A stretch of 64,000 nt of DNA from Alphaproteobacteria bacterium (GTDB taxonomy: Bacteria; Pseudomonadota; Alphaproteobacteria; UBA9219). This document shows positions 1 to 9,865 of this stretch, piece after piece (positions within the stretch are counted from its first letter, which is position 1; every line of letters begins with the position of its first letter). The notes beneath the pieces were generated by a model that was not told the origin of the DNA, did not search any database, and worked only from the letters and a program-made list of their open reading frames with translations. The stretch covers positions 996 through 64,995 of the forward strand of contig JAQUHK010000002.1 of the NCBI GenBank assembly GCA_028683655.1, read 5' to 3'. A program made the translations under genes and the position numbers.

Positions 1-781
1 CTCCTGTTGTCGTCGAATAAACAGAAAGCACTTTATAGCCGCTTTGGTCTGGCTTCATCTTGGCGTCGATGATCTTGTAGGGAAGGCCACCACTCGTGAC
101 CTGGAAGGCCGGCAAGATGCCTGTAATAATGCCATTCTCGTCAAGCGTCCAAATCGTTCCCAAACCTGTTAGCTTGGTACACATGAATATTTTGGCACCA
201 AGGCTATTCCCTCCGGACCCATTGGTCAGATCCGCGTTGTCGGTCACAACCCACCCTCCATTCGCGGCAGTCGCAAAGGTGCCGCCGATCGCAGTGGATA
301 GGGTTCCAGTTAGTGAATCGACAGTGACTACGGCAACATTCCCGTTGGCAGTGCCCGATGAGGCTGTCGCGGTTGTTTTATCTAACCCGAAGTTAAATGG
401 TGCAGACTGTGGGCTTTCTGAGCCGTCCGAGAAACCAGCCGTCAGTGTGAAGGGGGTAATCGCCGCCGTTAGTGTAACATTGAAATCAGCAGCATAACCC
501 CCATCCGATTTGACATAGAACTTGTTTTTGTTCCCGTCGTTTATGGCTTTACTGGTTGCTGTCGCAACCAAGGCACCATCTTGGTACAACTTGTAGGAAG
601 TAACAGTAGGTTCACTGGGTGGGGTATATCCCCATTCAACATGGATACCCTGCGCGCTGACAAGTCGCGGAGCCAGAGCACTTGCGGCAACCAGATAAAA
701 AAGTGCTTTTTTGCCAATAGTCAGCCATCTCTTGGATAGCTGGGGCGAATGTTGGCTGCTCTCATCATGTTGGGTCTTCAT
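1..781 (-). CDS. Secreted/surface protein, partial (runs off window start); signal peptide then Thr/Ser/Gly-rich beta-type (Fn3/Big-like) repeats
   Basis: Minus-strand frame is open from ATG (revcomp of 779..781) to position 1. AGGTGA RBS (revcomp of 784..790) sits 5 nt upstream. N-terminus MKTQHDESSQHSPQLSKRWLTIGKKALFYLVAASALAPRLVSAQG is signal-peptide-like. The plus ORF 96..497 on the opposite strand is low-complexity. Confidence 0.5.
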   Translation of the reverse strand, partial: MKTQHDESSQHSPQLSKRWLTIGKKALFYLVAASALAPRLVSAQGIHVEWGYTPPSEPTVTSYKLYQDGALVATATSKAINDGNKNKFYVKSDGGYAADFNVTLTAAITPFTLTAGFSDGSESPQSAPFNFGLDKTTATASSGTANGNVAVVTVDSLTGTLSTAIGGTFATAANGGWVVTDNADLTNGSGGNSLGAKIFMCTKLTGLGTIWTLDENGIITGILPAFQVTSGGLPYKIIDAKMKPDQSGYKVLSVYSTTTG

Positions 782-1105
782 AACTCACCTGCAATATCGT
801 TCCTTGGGTGTATCTGAATACATTGGCAACTCAAGCATACTTTGTAAATGGTTGCAAGTATGGTTAATCACTTTTTTTCAGGTGTCCCAGCCTTCATGGC
901 CTCTCAAGAGGGCTGGCGTGGTGTTTCTTGGGCGGAAAGCCAATAACTCCCAGCAGAGCTGGGAGTTATTGGCTCCAGCTCACGAGATGCGAACGCAACG
1001 TGAACGGATATCACATATCTTAGGTAATGACAATTGGCTACCCATGAAGAGGCGGATGGATAGAGATTATTACAGCTGTAATAATTTTTCAGGGCAACCG
1101 ATCAG

Positions 1106-1168
1106 CTAACCCTTTGAAAAGCGTGGTGGGTGCGACAGGGATTGAACCTGTGACCCCTACCGTGTGAA
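1106..1168. repeat. Direct repeat copy 1 of tRNA-Val 3' half plus 3' flank (att-like, distal island boundary)
   Basis: ctaacccYttgaaaagcgtggtgggtgcgacagggattgaacctgtgacccctaccgtgtgaa recurs near-identically at 38852..38916 and 59031..59095. The last copy overlaps the intact tRNA-Val. Confidence 0.8.
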
Positions 1169-1346
1169 CGGACAAAGAAGGACGGAAATGCTGGAAAATC
1201 AGTGCGTTATTGTGCATCAAAAGTCGCCAAATGTCGTCTTGTGCAGCCCATAACTCACACATGACTCGCACAAACTTCTTTTCAGTTGTTATATTGCTAC
1301 CCCAGCCATGCTTGCCGGATTGATGATGTTAGGCGATGTTATGGGC

Positions 1347-1757
1347 TTATCCAATGTCGAGGTGCTGGATGAACTTCTTGGCTTTTTCTCTACCAAGATA
1401 ACATCTTAAGAACCAAGCTTTCTCACGGGGCGTGGCGGGGCGTAGTTCACCTAGAAAGGAACTCGTGAGAACAATTGTCTGGTTATCTTTGCCAAAGATT
1501 TTGCGGCGGCTGATGAGTCTCTCAATTTCTTCGGGGCTCTTGTTGGCTACCCATACCCGCGTTTTATTCAGCCATTGATAGTGGGGAAGAGAGTAGTCGG
1601 CGTCACAGTTGTCCCAAAATATAACTTTCTTCCCGTCTCGTGAGGGATACAGTGCACCAGCAAAGGGGTTCTCAGCCATCCTCGCACCACCATTATAAAC
1701 CGTGGCAATTGCCTGCAGTGGCAGGGAACCATTGTGCGGGCGTATCGGCGTTTCCAT
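1347..1757 (-). CDS. Hypothetical protein (136 aa)
   Basis: ORF only; no recognisable motifs. Confidence 0.35.
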   Translation of the reverse strand: METPIRPHNGSLPLQAIATVYNGGARMAENPFAGALYPSRDGKKVIFWDNCDADYSLPHYQWLNKTRVWVANKSPEEIERLISRRKIFGKDNQTIVLTSSFLGELRPATPREKAWFLRCYLGREKAKKFIQHLDIG

Positions 1758-2378
1758 TTAGAAGAACCTCAATAGTGTTTGGTAAGAACATCAGTTGTAT
1801 TGGATCGACAGAAAGCTGGGTCATGCCCTGCGCAAACAGCCGTTGTTTGTTGCACAAGGTGCCGAAGTTTTGGCAAGAAAAGCACTCTCGAACTGAAGAT
1901 GCGAGGGCGTCTTAAGCGCGACAAGCTGGTAGGCAGGGCCATCTGCATAAACAATCGAAGGCAGACTTTGATAATCACTTATGGTTTCGATCAGAGCTGG
2001 CATTTACAATTTCTACACATAAAAATGGCATTCAGTGTGACAGCGAATGACAACTGGCCCATTGTCTTTTTTTGTGTATCTGAACGTTTCCGCGGATAAC
2101 TAATAACTCTAACTGAATGAGATCAAAAGGAAAGACATTCTTTATGACAACTCATGCTTATCGATCCGTTGGGTTCATAGGCTTGTAACACATTGTTATA
2201 TATATGATCTCATTTAGGCCAATGACGTTAAATTAAGAAGAAAAACTAGACAATATCAATAGGTTGGGTCTATCTTCGCCTGTATCAGAGTCAAGTCAAT
2301 ATACCCGTAGTTTCTAAAAGTTTCCCTTTCATGGGGACAACTCATGAGTTCCTCTCGTAAGAAAGTTTGATTGATACA

Positions 2379-4688
2379 ATGAACCAAGCCACGCACAACA
2401 AGATAGTCTCCTTTGTTTGGGGCATTGCGGATGATGTATTAAGGGACTTATTCAAACGTGGCAAATACCCTGATGTCATCCTTCCGATGTGCGTGTTGCG
2501 GCGATTGGACGCCGTGTTGGAGCCGACAAAGCAAGCGGTAATCGATACGAAAAAGATGCTCGATGATGCGCGCATTACCGAGCAAGGGCAGGCTCTCTGC
2601 TCAGCCGCAGGACAGGCTTTCTACAACATTTCACGGTTTACTCTACGCGACCTCAAATCACGCGGAAGCCAGCAACAGCTATTGGCAGATTTCGAAGATT
2701 ATCTAAATGGGTTTTCTCAGAACGTTCAGGATATTCTTGAGAACTTCAAGTTCAGAAATCAGCTCTCGACACTTTCAAAAAGCGATGCACTCGGAACCTT
2801 AATCAACAAGTTCCTTGATCCTGAATTTGATCTTTCGCCCACTGGCATCGACAACCATTCAATGGGGACAGTATTTGAAGAGCTTGTCCGTCGCTTTAAC
2901 GAAGAGAACAATGAAGAGGCCGGAGAGCACTGGACACCTCGCGATGCCGTAAGTCTGATGGCAAATCTTGTTTTCCAGCCTATTGAGAAAGACCTCAAGT
3001 CTGGAACCTACCTTCTTTACGATTGTGCGTGTGGAACAGGCGGTATGCTAACCGTTGCTGAAGAAACGTTGAAGGGCATTGCTAAAAAACGAAAGATAGA
3101 TATCAACGCGGCTCTGTATGGACAGGAAATCAATCCTGAAACCTATGCTATCTGCAAAGCCGATATGATTTTAAAGGGTGAAGGAGAAAACGCCAATCAC
3201 ATCGTAGGCGGCGCTGAGTGGTCAACTCTTTCGCATGATGCCTTTCCGGCGCGAGAATTCGACTTTATGTTGGCCAACCCTCCTTATGGAAAAAGCTGGA
3301 AAAAAGATTTAGAGGCGATGGGTGGCAAAGATGGCATCCGCGATCCTCGCTTCAAAGTTATGCTCAACGATGAGGAATTGTCGTTAGTGACGCGGTCAAG
3401 CGATGGGCAGATGCTTTTCCTTGCCAACATGGTTTCCAAAATGAACGACAAGTCATCTTTGGGTAGCCGCATAGCCGAGGTTCATAACGGAAGCTCACTT
3501 TTCACAGGAGATGCAGGACAAGGTGAAAGCAACATTCGCCGTTGGATCATTGAGAGTGATTGGTTAGAAGCTATCGTCGCGCTCCCGCTTAATATTTTCT
3601 ACAACACGGGCATTGCAACTTACATTTGGGTGCTGTCGAACAGGAAGCCAAAACACCGCAAAGGAAAAGTTCAGCTTATTGACGCAAGCCAATGGTTTGA
3701 GCCGTTACGGAAAAACCTTGGCAAAAAGAGCTGCAAGTTAAATGAAGAAAATATAGACCGCATTATGCGCACATTTTTGGAGTTTAAAGAAACTCCGGAG
3801 TCCAAGATTTTCTCCAACGAGGCTTTTGGTTATTGGAAAGTGACCGTTGAAAGGCCGTTACGCCTGAACAGTCAGTTCTCAGTGAAGGCCATTGAGCCCT
3901 TGCGTTACGCGTCCGGTGATGAGGACATTCGAACCATTCTTTATGATGAATTCGGAGATAAGCTTTTCACCAACTTTAAATCCATTCTGCCCAGCCTTGA
4001 GAAGAGGCTTGAGGAATGGGGCGGCGATGAAGATCAGACTGATGCGGATGGTGATGAAGAAACACCCGCTAAGAAAGGGCTCGCAGAAAAGAAGAAAAAG
4101 AAGCTTCTTGACCCTAAAACGTGGGAGCGCGATGGGCGTTTGGTTGATGTAGCCAATAAGCTAAGAGCTGAGCTTGGCGATAAGCTTTATGATGACCACA
4201 ACGCATTCCGCGCCAAGCTCGATGAAGTTCTTAAACGGCTTGATATAAAACTTCCCGCTTCGGAACTGAAACAAATTATCAAAGCTGTGAGCTGGCAGGT
4301 TGAAACGGCTCCCCCCGTGATTGCAAAAGTTCATAAGGCAGGCAAGATAAAGGCTGACCCGATCCATGGGCTGTTTGAGGTTACGCTGAACGGTAAGGCG
4401 GCCATCGTTGAATATGAGACTGACAGTGATTTGCGCGATACAGAGCAAGTCCCCTTGCTTGAAGAAGGTGGCATCGAAGCTTTTATCCAGCGCGAGGTTC
4501 TTCCCTACACGCCGGATGCTTGGATCAAAGAAGGCGCAACCAAGATTGGGTATGAAGTCAGCTTCACCCGCCACTTCTATAAGCCAAAGCCACTGCGCAC
4601 GTTAGAGGAGATCAGCAAAGATATCCTCGCGCTTGAGCAGGAAACGGAAGGTTTGTTGGATGATTTGTTAAAAGGAGGCTCGAAGTGA
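2379..4688 (+). CDS. hsdM: Type I restriction-modification system, N6-adenine DNA methyltransferase subunit HsdM (long C-terminal extension)
   Basis: HsdM N-terminal domain pattern; DCACGTGGML motif I; LANPPYG (NPPY) motif IV. Track ORF starts at TTG 2367; first ATG is at 2379. Confidence 0.9.
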   Translation: MNQATHNKIVSFVWGIADDVLRDLFKRGKYPDVILPMCVLRRLDAVLEPTKQAVIDTKKMLDDARITEQGQALCSAAGQAFYNISRFTLRDLKSRGSQQQLLADFEDYLNGFSQNVQDILENFKFRNQLSTLSKSDALGTLINKFLDPEFDLSPTGIDNHSMGTVFEELVRRFNEENNEEAGEHWTPRDAVSLMANLVFQPIEKDLKSGTYLLYDCACGTGGMLTVAEETLKGIAKKRKIDINAALYGQEINPETYAICKADMILKGEGENANHIVGGAEWSTLSHDAFPAREFDFMLANPPYGKSWKKDLEAMGGKDGIRDPRFKVMLNDEELSLVTRSSDGQMLFLANMVSKMNDKSSLGSRIAEVHNGSSLFTGDAGQGESNIRRWIIESDWLEAIVALPLNIFYNTGIATYIWVLSNRKPKHRKGKVQLIDASQWFEPLRKNLGKKSCKLNEENIDRIMRTFLEFKETPESKIFSNEAFGYWKVTVERPLRLNSQFSVKAIEPLRYASGDEDIRTILYDEFGDKLFTNFKSILPSLEKRLEEWGGDEDQTDADGDEETPAKKGLAEKKKKKLLDPKTWERDGRLVDVANKLRAELGDKLYDDHNAFRAKLDEVLKRLDIKLPASELKQIIKAVSWQVETAPPVIAKVHKAGKIKADPIHGLFEVTLNGKAAIVEYETDSDLRDTEQVPLLEEGGIEAFIQREVLPYTPDAWIKEGATKIGYEVSFTRHFYKPKPLRTLEEISKDILALEQETEGLLDDLLKGGSK

Positions 4689-6787
4689 AAGCGACTGAAG
4701 CCAAACTTCTCGATTTCCTGAAGAAATCACCACAGTTCGTTATTCCGATTTATCAGCGTACCTATTCGTGGACAGAAAAGGAATGCAGACAGCTTTGGGA
4801 CGACATTGTTCGCACGGGTGCTGATGATCATATCTCGGTGCATTTTGTTGGGTCTATAGTTTACATCGATAAAGCTGACTCCACGGTCACAACGTGGGAG
4901 CCGCTACTCGTTATCGATGGACAACAACGGCTGACAACTGTGACGCTGCTCATTGCTGCGCTTGCCAATGCCCTTGGGGATAGGGAGCCAGTTGATGGTT
5001 TCTCCGCTGATGCCTTGCGGGGGTACTATCTTATGAACCCGTTGGAAAAAGGTGAGCGTAAATTAAAACTGCTCCTTTCCCAAACGGATAAAGCGACGCT
5101 AATCAACATTGTTTCGGGCCAAGATAGACCGAAAGAATATTCCCTGCGCGTCGACCAGAACTTCAAGCTCTTTGAGGGTTTGATTGCAGCAAACCAAAGC
5201 AATTTGGAGGCCGTGTGCAAGGGCTTGGTTAAGCTGATGATGGTGGACATCAAACTCAAACGTGGGGACGACAACCCGCAGCTTATCTTTGAAAGCATGA
5301 ACTCCACGGGCAAAGAACTAAGCCAAGCAGACCTAATCCGTAATTATATCCTGATGGGATTGGAGCCGGAACTGCAAACGAGGCTGTATGAGCAGTATTG
5401 GCGTCCTATGGAAGTGGATTTCGGACAGGAAGCCTATAGCAGTTATTTTGACGCGTTCATGCGGCATTACCTCACGGTGAAAACTGGCGAGATACCGCGC
5501 ATAGACGAAGTCTATGAGGCATTTAAGGCTCACGCCTGCTCACCTGCCGTCGTGGCCACTGGCATTGAAGAGATTGTAAAAGATATTCGTTCTTTTGCGC
5601 GGTTCTTCTGCGCCATGGCGCTTGGTGCTGAGACGGATAAGGAACTCAATCAAGCTTTCCATGATTTGCGTGAGCTGAAGGTTGATGTCGCTTATCCCTT
5701 TCTTTTGGAATTGTATGATGACTACGCCAATGGAAGGCTGAGTGTTGAAGACTTTGTTGCGGCTGTTCGCTTGGTTGAAGCTTATGTGTTCCGCCGTGCT
5801 GTATGCGCCATACCAACAAACTCTATGAACAAGACCTTTGCTACCTTTAACAAGGTTCTTAAAAAAGACAGATACCTTGAGAGCATTCAGGCGCACTTCC
5901 TCACGCTGCCATCCTATCGTCGCTTCCCAAGTGATGAGGAGTTCCGCCGAGACCTTGTTATCCGCGATCTTTATAACTTGAGAACCCGTAGTTATTGGCT
6001 AAGACGGCTCGAGAACCATGGGCGCAAAGAGCGTGTCGTGGTTGATGAATACACCATCGAGCATATTATGCCGCAGAACCCCAACCTGTCAGCGGCATGG
6101 AGGGAAGCCCTTGGCGCTGAGCATGAACGGGTGCAGGAGCAATGGCTCCATACCCTCGGAAATCTTACGCTTACGGGATACAATGCTGAATACAGCGACC
6201 GACCCTTCGTTGAAAAACGTGATATGAAGGGCGGATACAAGGAAAGCCCGCTTAAACTCAACGCAGGTCTTGGGCAACTCGAAAATTGGAATGAGACAGC
6301 AATCCAAGAACGTGCGGCGCGTCTTGCAGATCAAGTTCTTATTGTATGGCGTGCGCCAAAGCTAGATGCGGAAACGTTGGCTGCCTATAAGCCCGTTACG
6401 CCTGAGGGAACAGACTCTTTCACGATTGATGACCATCCACACTTACTCGCGCCTTCTATGCGAGAAGTTTTTGAGGCCTTTCGCAAGGAAGTGCTCGCCC
6501 TTGATCCCTGTGTCACAGAAACATTCTTGAAGCTTTATGTAGCGTATAAGGCCGAGACAAACTTTGTCGATGTGGTGCCACAGGCCAAAGGGTTCCGCCT
6601 TAGCCTGAATATGCGTTTTAATGAGATTAATGATCCCAAGGGACTTTGTCTCGACACAACAAACAAGGGGCGCTGGGGTAATGGTGATGTTGAAGTGCGC
6701 CTGAAATCGCTTGATGAGTTGCCCTATGTCATGGGGCTTGTTCGCCAATCCTATGAACGTCAGATGGGTGATGGTGTCCAATCATGA
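4685..6787 (+). CDS. DUF262/DUF1524 (GmrSD-like, ParB-like N-term plus HNH-like C-term) putative Type IV restriction nuclease embedded in the hsd operon
   Basis: IPIYQRTYSW and VIDGQQRLTT (DGQQR) motifs of DUF262. C-terminal YTIEHIMPQNP His-Me finger-like (DUF1524). GTGA overlap with the hsdM stop. Confidence 0.8.
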   Translation: MKATEAKLLDFLKKSPQFVIPIYQRTYSWTEKECRQLWDDIVRTGADDHISVHFVGSIVYIDKADSTVTTWEPLLVIDGQQRLTTVTLLIAALANALGDREPVDGFSADALRGYYLMNPLEKGERKLKLLLSQTDKATLINIVSGQDRPKEYSLRVDQNFKLFEGLIAANQSNLEAVCKGLVKLMMVDIKLKRGDDNPQLIFESMNSTGKELSQADLIRNYILMGLEPELQTRLYEQYWRPMEVDFGQEAYSSYFDAFMRHYLTVKTGEIPRIDEVYEAFKAHACSPAVVATGIEEIVKDIRSFARFFCAMALGAETDKELNQAFHDLRELKVDVAYPFLLELYDDYANGRLSVEDFVAAVRLVEAYVFRRAVCAIPTNSMNKTFATFNKVLKKDRYLESIQAHFLTLPSYRRFPSDEEFRRDLVIRDLYNLRTRSYWLRRLENHGRKERVVVDEYTIEHIMPQNPNLSAAWREALGAEHERVQEQWLHTLGNLTLTGYNAEYSDRPFVEKRDMKGGYKESPLKLNAGLGQLENWNETAIQERAARLADQVLIVWRAPKLDAETLAAYKPVTPEGTDSFTIDDHPHLLAPSMREVFEAFRKEVLALDPCVTETFLKLYVAYKAETNFVDVVPQAKGFRLSLNMRFNEINDPKGLCLDTTNKGRWGNGDVEVRLKSLDELPYVMGLVRQSYERQMGDGVQS

Positions 6788-8136
6788 TTGCTGATTTGAA
6801 GCCATATCCAGAGTACAAGCCAACCGATCAGGTTTGGATTGGTGATGTACCCGCGCATTGGAAAGTTTTACCAAATCGTGCGCTGTTTGCTGAGGTGAAG
6901 GATCGAGACAATGTTGACGAAGAAATGCTGTCCGTTACTATAAAACGAGGCATTGTTCAACAGAGAGCCCTACTTGCATCAGGATCGAAGAAAGACAGTT
7001 CAAATTTAGACAAGTCGGCTTACAAGCTCGTGCGGCCACACGATATTGCTTACAATAAAATGAGAGCTTGGCAGGGAGCAATAGGCGCATCAGATCTTCG
7101 TGGAATCATAAGTCCCGCTTATGTCGTTATGCGCCTACGTGAAGATTATAACCTCTCGCGCTATTTTCACCATCTATACCGAACGCCGCAGTTTGCAAAG
7201 GAAGCTGAACGATGGTCTTACGGAATAACATCAGATATGTGGAGTCTGCGGCCTGAGCATTTTAAAATGATTTATACTCCTGAGCCGCCACCCACTGAGC
7301 AGTTCGCAATTAACCGTTTCTTAGATTGGGCGAATGGGAGGTTTGAGCGGGCGATTAAGGCTAAACGCAAAATGATTGCGCTGTTGAATGAGCAGAAGCA
7401 GAGCATCATTCACCGTGCCGTAACCCAAGGCCTTGATCCCAACGTTCCCCTCAAACCCTCCGGCATTCCCTGGCTTGGCGATATCCCCGCTCATTGGAAA
7501 ATATCTAGGGTCAAGAACGAGTTTCGTTGTTTGAACACACAAAGAGTTCCTCTAAATGCTGTCGAACGCGGAGCAATGACTTCACGAATCTACGATTACT
7601 ATGGGGCATCAGGTATTATTGATAAGGTTGATGCTTTTCTTTTTAATGATGACCTGCTTCTGATTGCGGAGGATGGGGCCAACTTAGTGCTTCGCAATCT
7701 TCCCCTCGCGATAATTGCTAGGGGTAAGTTCTGGGTTAATAACCATGCACATATCCTTAAGCCGAAACGAGGCAGCCTTGTTTATCTCGCTCATCTTCTT
7801 GAGACGTTGAGCTACAATCCTTGGATCTCTGGAGCAGCACAGCCAAAGCTAACGCAAGATCGACTAATGTCTATTTCCATCGCGGTTGCACCACCAGAAG
7901 AGCAAGATGCAATTGTTGCTTATACGACTGAGCAAACTCGTCCGTTAATAACAGCCATTACACGCCTTGAACATGAAATAGAACTCCTTCGCGAATATCG
8001 CACACGGCTTGTGGCCGATGTCGTTACAGGTAAACTTGATGTGCGTGAGGTAGCAAGAAATCTACCTGATCTTCAGAAGGATGAAATTTTTCTTGAATCA
8101 GAGGGTGATATTATGTCCGAGTTGGAGGAGGCGTGA
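6784..8136 (+). CDS. hsdS: Type I RM specificity subunit HsdS (two target-recognition domains)
   Basis: Two repeated TRD halves with conserved central and C-terminal coiled-coil spacers (LITAITRLEHEIELLREYRTRL). ATGA overlap with the upstream gene. Confidence 0.85.
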   Translation: MIADLKPYPEYKPTDQVWIGDVPAHWKVLPNRALFAEVKDRDNVDEEMLSVTIKRGIVQQRALLASGSKKDSSNLDKSAYKLVRPHDIAYNKMRAWQGAIGASDLRGIISPAYVVMRLREDYNLSRYFHHLYRTPQFAKEAERWSYGITSDMWSLRPEHFKMIYTPEPPPTEQFAINRFLDWANGRFERAIKAKRKMIALLNEQKQSIIHRAVTQGLDPNVPLKPSGIPWLGDIPAHWKISRVKNEFRCLNTQRVPLNAVERGAMTSRIYDYYGASGIIDKVDAFLFNDDLLLIAEDGANLVLRNLPLAIIARGKFWVNNHAHILKPKRGSLVYLAHLLETLSYNPWISGAAQPKLTQDRLMSISIAVAPPEEQDAIVAYTTEQTRPLITAITRLEHEIELLREYRTRLVADVVTGKLDVREVARNLPDLQKDEIFLESEGDIMSELEEA

Positions 8137-8786
8137 CCATGCCGAATCCTCCCACAAACCCGAAGATATATCATATTGCTCATGTGGATCGTTTGGCTTC
8201 CGTTATAGAATCAGGGGGATTGCTATCAGACTCGGTTATGTGTCAACGGGCAGGAGCTGGAACCACGATAGGGATGGGGAAAATTAAGCAAAGGCGGCTT
8301 TCTTTGGCTATTGAGTGCCATAGAGATACATATGTTGCGGATTATGTTCCGTTCTACTTTTGTACTCGCTCTGTCATGCTATATTTGATATATATGGGGA
8401 ATCATCAGGACTTGACTTATCGTGGAGGGCAAGGCCCCATCGTTCATATGGAATCCGACTTATCTGAAGTTGTGGATTGGGCCAATGAACAGGGACGTAA
8501 ATGGTGCTTTTCTTTGTCCAACGCTGGGGCGTGTTATACTGAGTTCCGTAACGACTTAACCCAACTTAGTGAAATTAATTGGCCTGCTGTCATGGCTACC
8601 GACTTTCGTCAGGCCGATATCAAGGAAGGTAAACAAGCCGAGTTTTTGCTTCATGGTTACTTCCCATGGCATCTAGTTCGGCGGATCGGTGTACATTCAA
8701 CGGCTGTAGCGCAACAGGTATATGCTGCTACGCAAGGAGCTGATCATCGTCCACCTGTCGAAATACGGACTGAGTGGTATTACTGA
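8133..8786 (+). CDS. darT: DarT (DUF4433) ssDNA ADP-ribosyltransferase toxin
   Basis: KIYHIAHVDRLASVIESGGLL, YVPFYFCTRSVMLY, KQAEFLLHGYFPW and C-terminal EWYY match DarT hallmark motifs. Overlaps the hsdS stop (GTG 8133, or ATG 8139). Confidence 0.8.
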   Translation: MTMPNPPTNPKIYHIAHVDRLASVIESGGLLSDSVMCQRAGAGTTIGMGKIKQRRLSLAIECHRDTYVADYVPFYFCTRSVMLYLIYMGNHQDLTYRGGQGPIVHMESDLSEVVDWANEQGRKWCFSLSNAGACYTEFRNDLTQLSEINWPAVMATDFRQADIKEGKQAEFLLHGYFPWHLVRRIGVHSTAVAQQVYAATQGADHRPPVEIRTEWYY

Positions 8787-8803
8787 AAAGAGGGGAGGTC
8801 AAA

Positions 8804-9865
8804 ATGATTACATACAGAAAAGGCGATATCCTCTCGGCAGATGTTGAAGCTTTGGTCAATACCGTTAATTGTGTTGGCATCATGGGGCGTGGAATTGCGC
8901 TCCAATTCAAGAATGCGTTTCCTTATAACTTTAAGGCCTATGAAGAAGCCTGCCAAAAGGGTGAAGTACAGCCAGGAAGAATGTTTGTTCATGATATGAA
9001 CACTTTAGTAAATCCGCGGTATATTATTAACTTTCCTACCAAGCGGCATTGGCGGGGTAAGAGTCGCATGGAGGACATTCAGTCCGGCTTGCAGGCATTG
9101 GTCGAAGTAATACGCAAAAGAAACATTCGCTCAATCGCTATTCCTCCTTTAGGAAGCGGACTTGGTGGTTTGTCGTGGTTAGACGTTCGTCCCCAGATCG
9201 AAGAAGCCCTTAGGGGATTTAATAATCTTGAGGTTGTGGTTTACGAGCCTAATGGTGCCCCAGAAGCAAAGAATATGTCTAAATCAAGTGACGTTCCAAA
9301 AATGACAGCAGGGCGCGCGGCTCTGGTTGTCCTTGTTGATCGCTACTTGAAAGGGTTGCTCGACCCTTTCGTCACTCTTCTTGAGCTTCATAAGCTTATG
9401 TACTTTATGCAAGAGTCTGGTCAAAATTTGCGATTGAAGTATGTTAAGGCTCCCTATGGTCCATATGCTGAGAATCTTAGACATGTTTTACGACATGTAG
9501 AGGGGCACTTAATCTCTGGTTATGCGGATGGTGGGGACGCACCGGATAAGCAAATTGAACTCGTTCCTGGCGCAATAGCTGACGCTGAATTATTTCTTCG
9601 AGATAACGATGAAACCCGTTATCGATTTGATCGAGTGGCTAATTTGGTTGAAGGGTTTGAATCTCCTTTTGGGTTGGAGTTGCTTTCAACTGTGCACTGG
9701 ATTTCCACTCATGATGAAGGTGAAAAGACTTTAGGTAATATTATTCAGCAAACGTATGCTTGGAACGAACGTAAACGCCAGTTTAGTCCCAATCAAATAC
9801 AACTTGCATGCCAGGTTTTAGCCGATAAGGGTTGGTCTTCAGGCGTATTAACGAGAAGCGCATGA
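8804..9865 (+). CDS. darG: DarG macrodomain antitoxin (ADP-ribosyl-DNA glycohydrolase)
   Basis: N-terminal macrodomain MITYRKGDILSADVEALVNTVNCVGIMGRGIALQFKN. Strong RBS gaggggagg before the ATG at 8804. Sits immediately downstream of darT. Confidence 0.8.
   Translation: MITYRKGDILSADVEALVNTVNCVGIMGRGIALQFKNAFPYNFKAYEEACQKGEVQPGRMFVHDMNTLVNPRYIINFPTKRHWRGKSRMEDIQSGLQALVEVIRKRNIRSIAIPPLGSGLGGLSWLDVRPQIEEALRGFNNLEVVVYEPNGAPEAKNMSKSSDVPKMTAGRAALVVLVDRYLKGLLDPFVTLLELHKLMYFMQESGQNLRLKYVKAPYGPYAENLRHVLRHVEGHLISGYADGGDAPDKQIELVPGAIADAELFLRDNDETRYRFDRVANLVEGFESPFGLELLSTVHWISTHDEGEKTLGNIIQQTYAWNERKRQFSPNQIQLACQVLADKGWSSGVLTRSA

Noticed and set aside
96-497. Plus-strand ORF (133 aa) at the window start
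   Set aside because: Low-complexity translation. The opposite strand encodes a plausible signal-peptide protein with RBS and an open frame to the window edge.
1089-1271. 60-aa minus ORF overlapping the tRNA-derived repeat
   Set aside because: It lies across the att-like tRNA fragment; no RBS; likely spurious.
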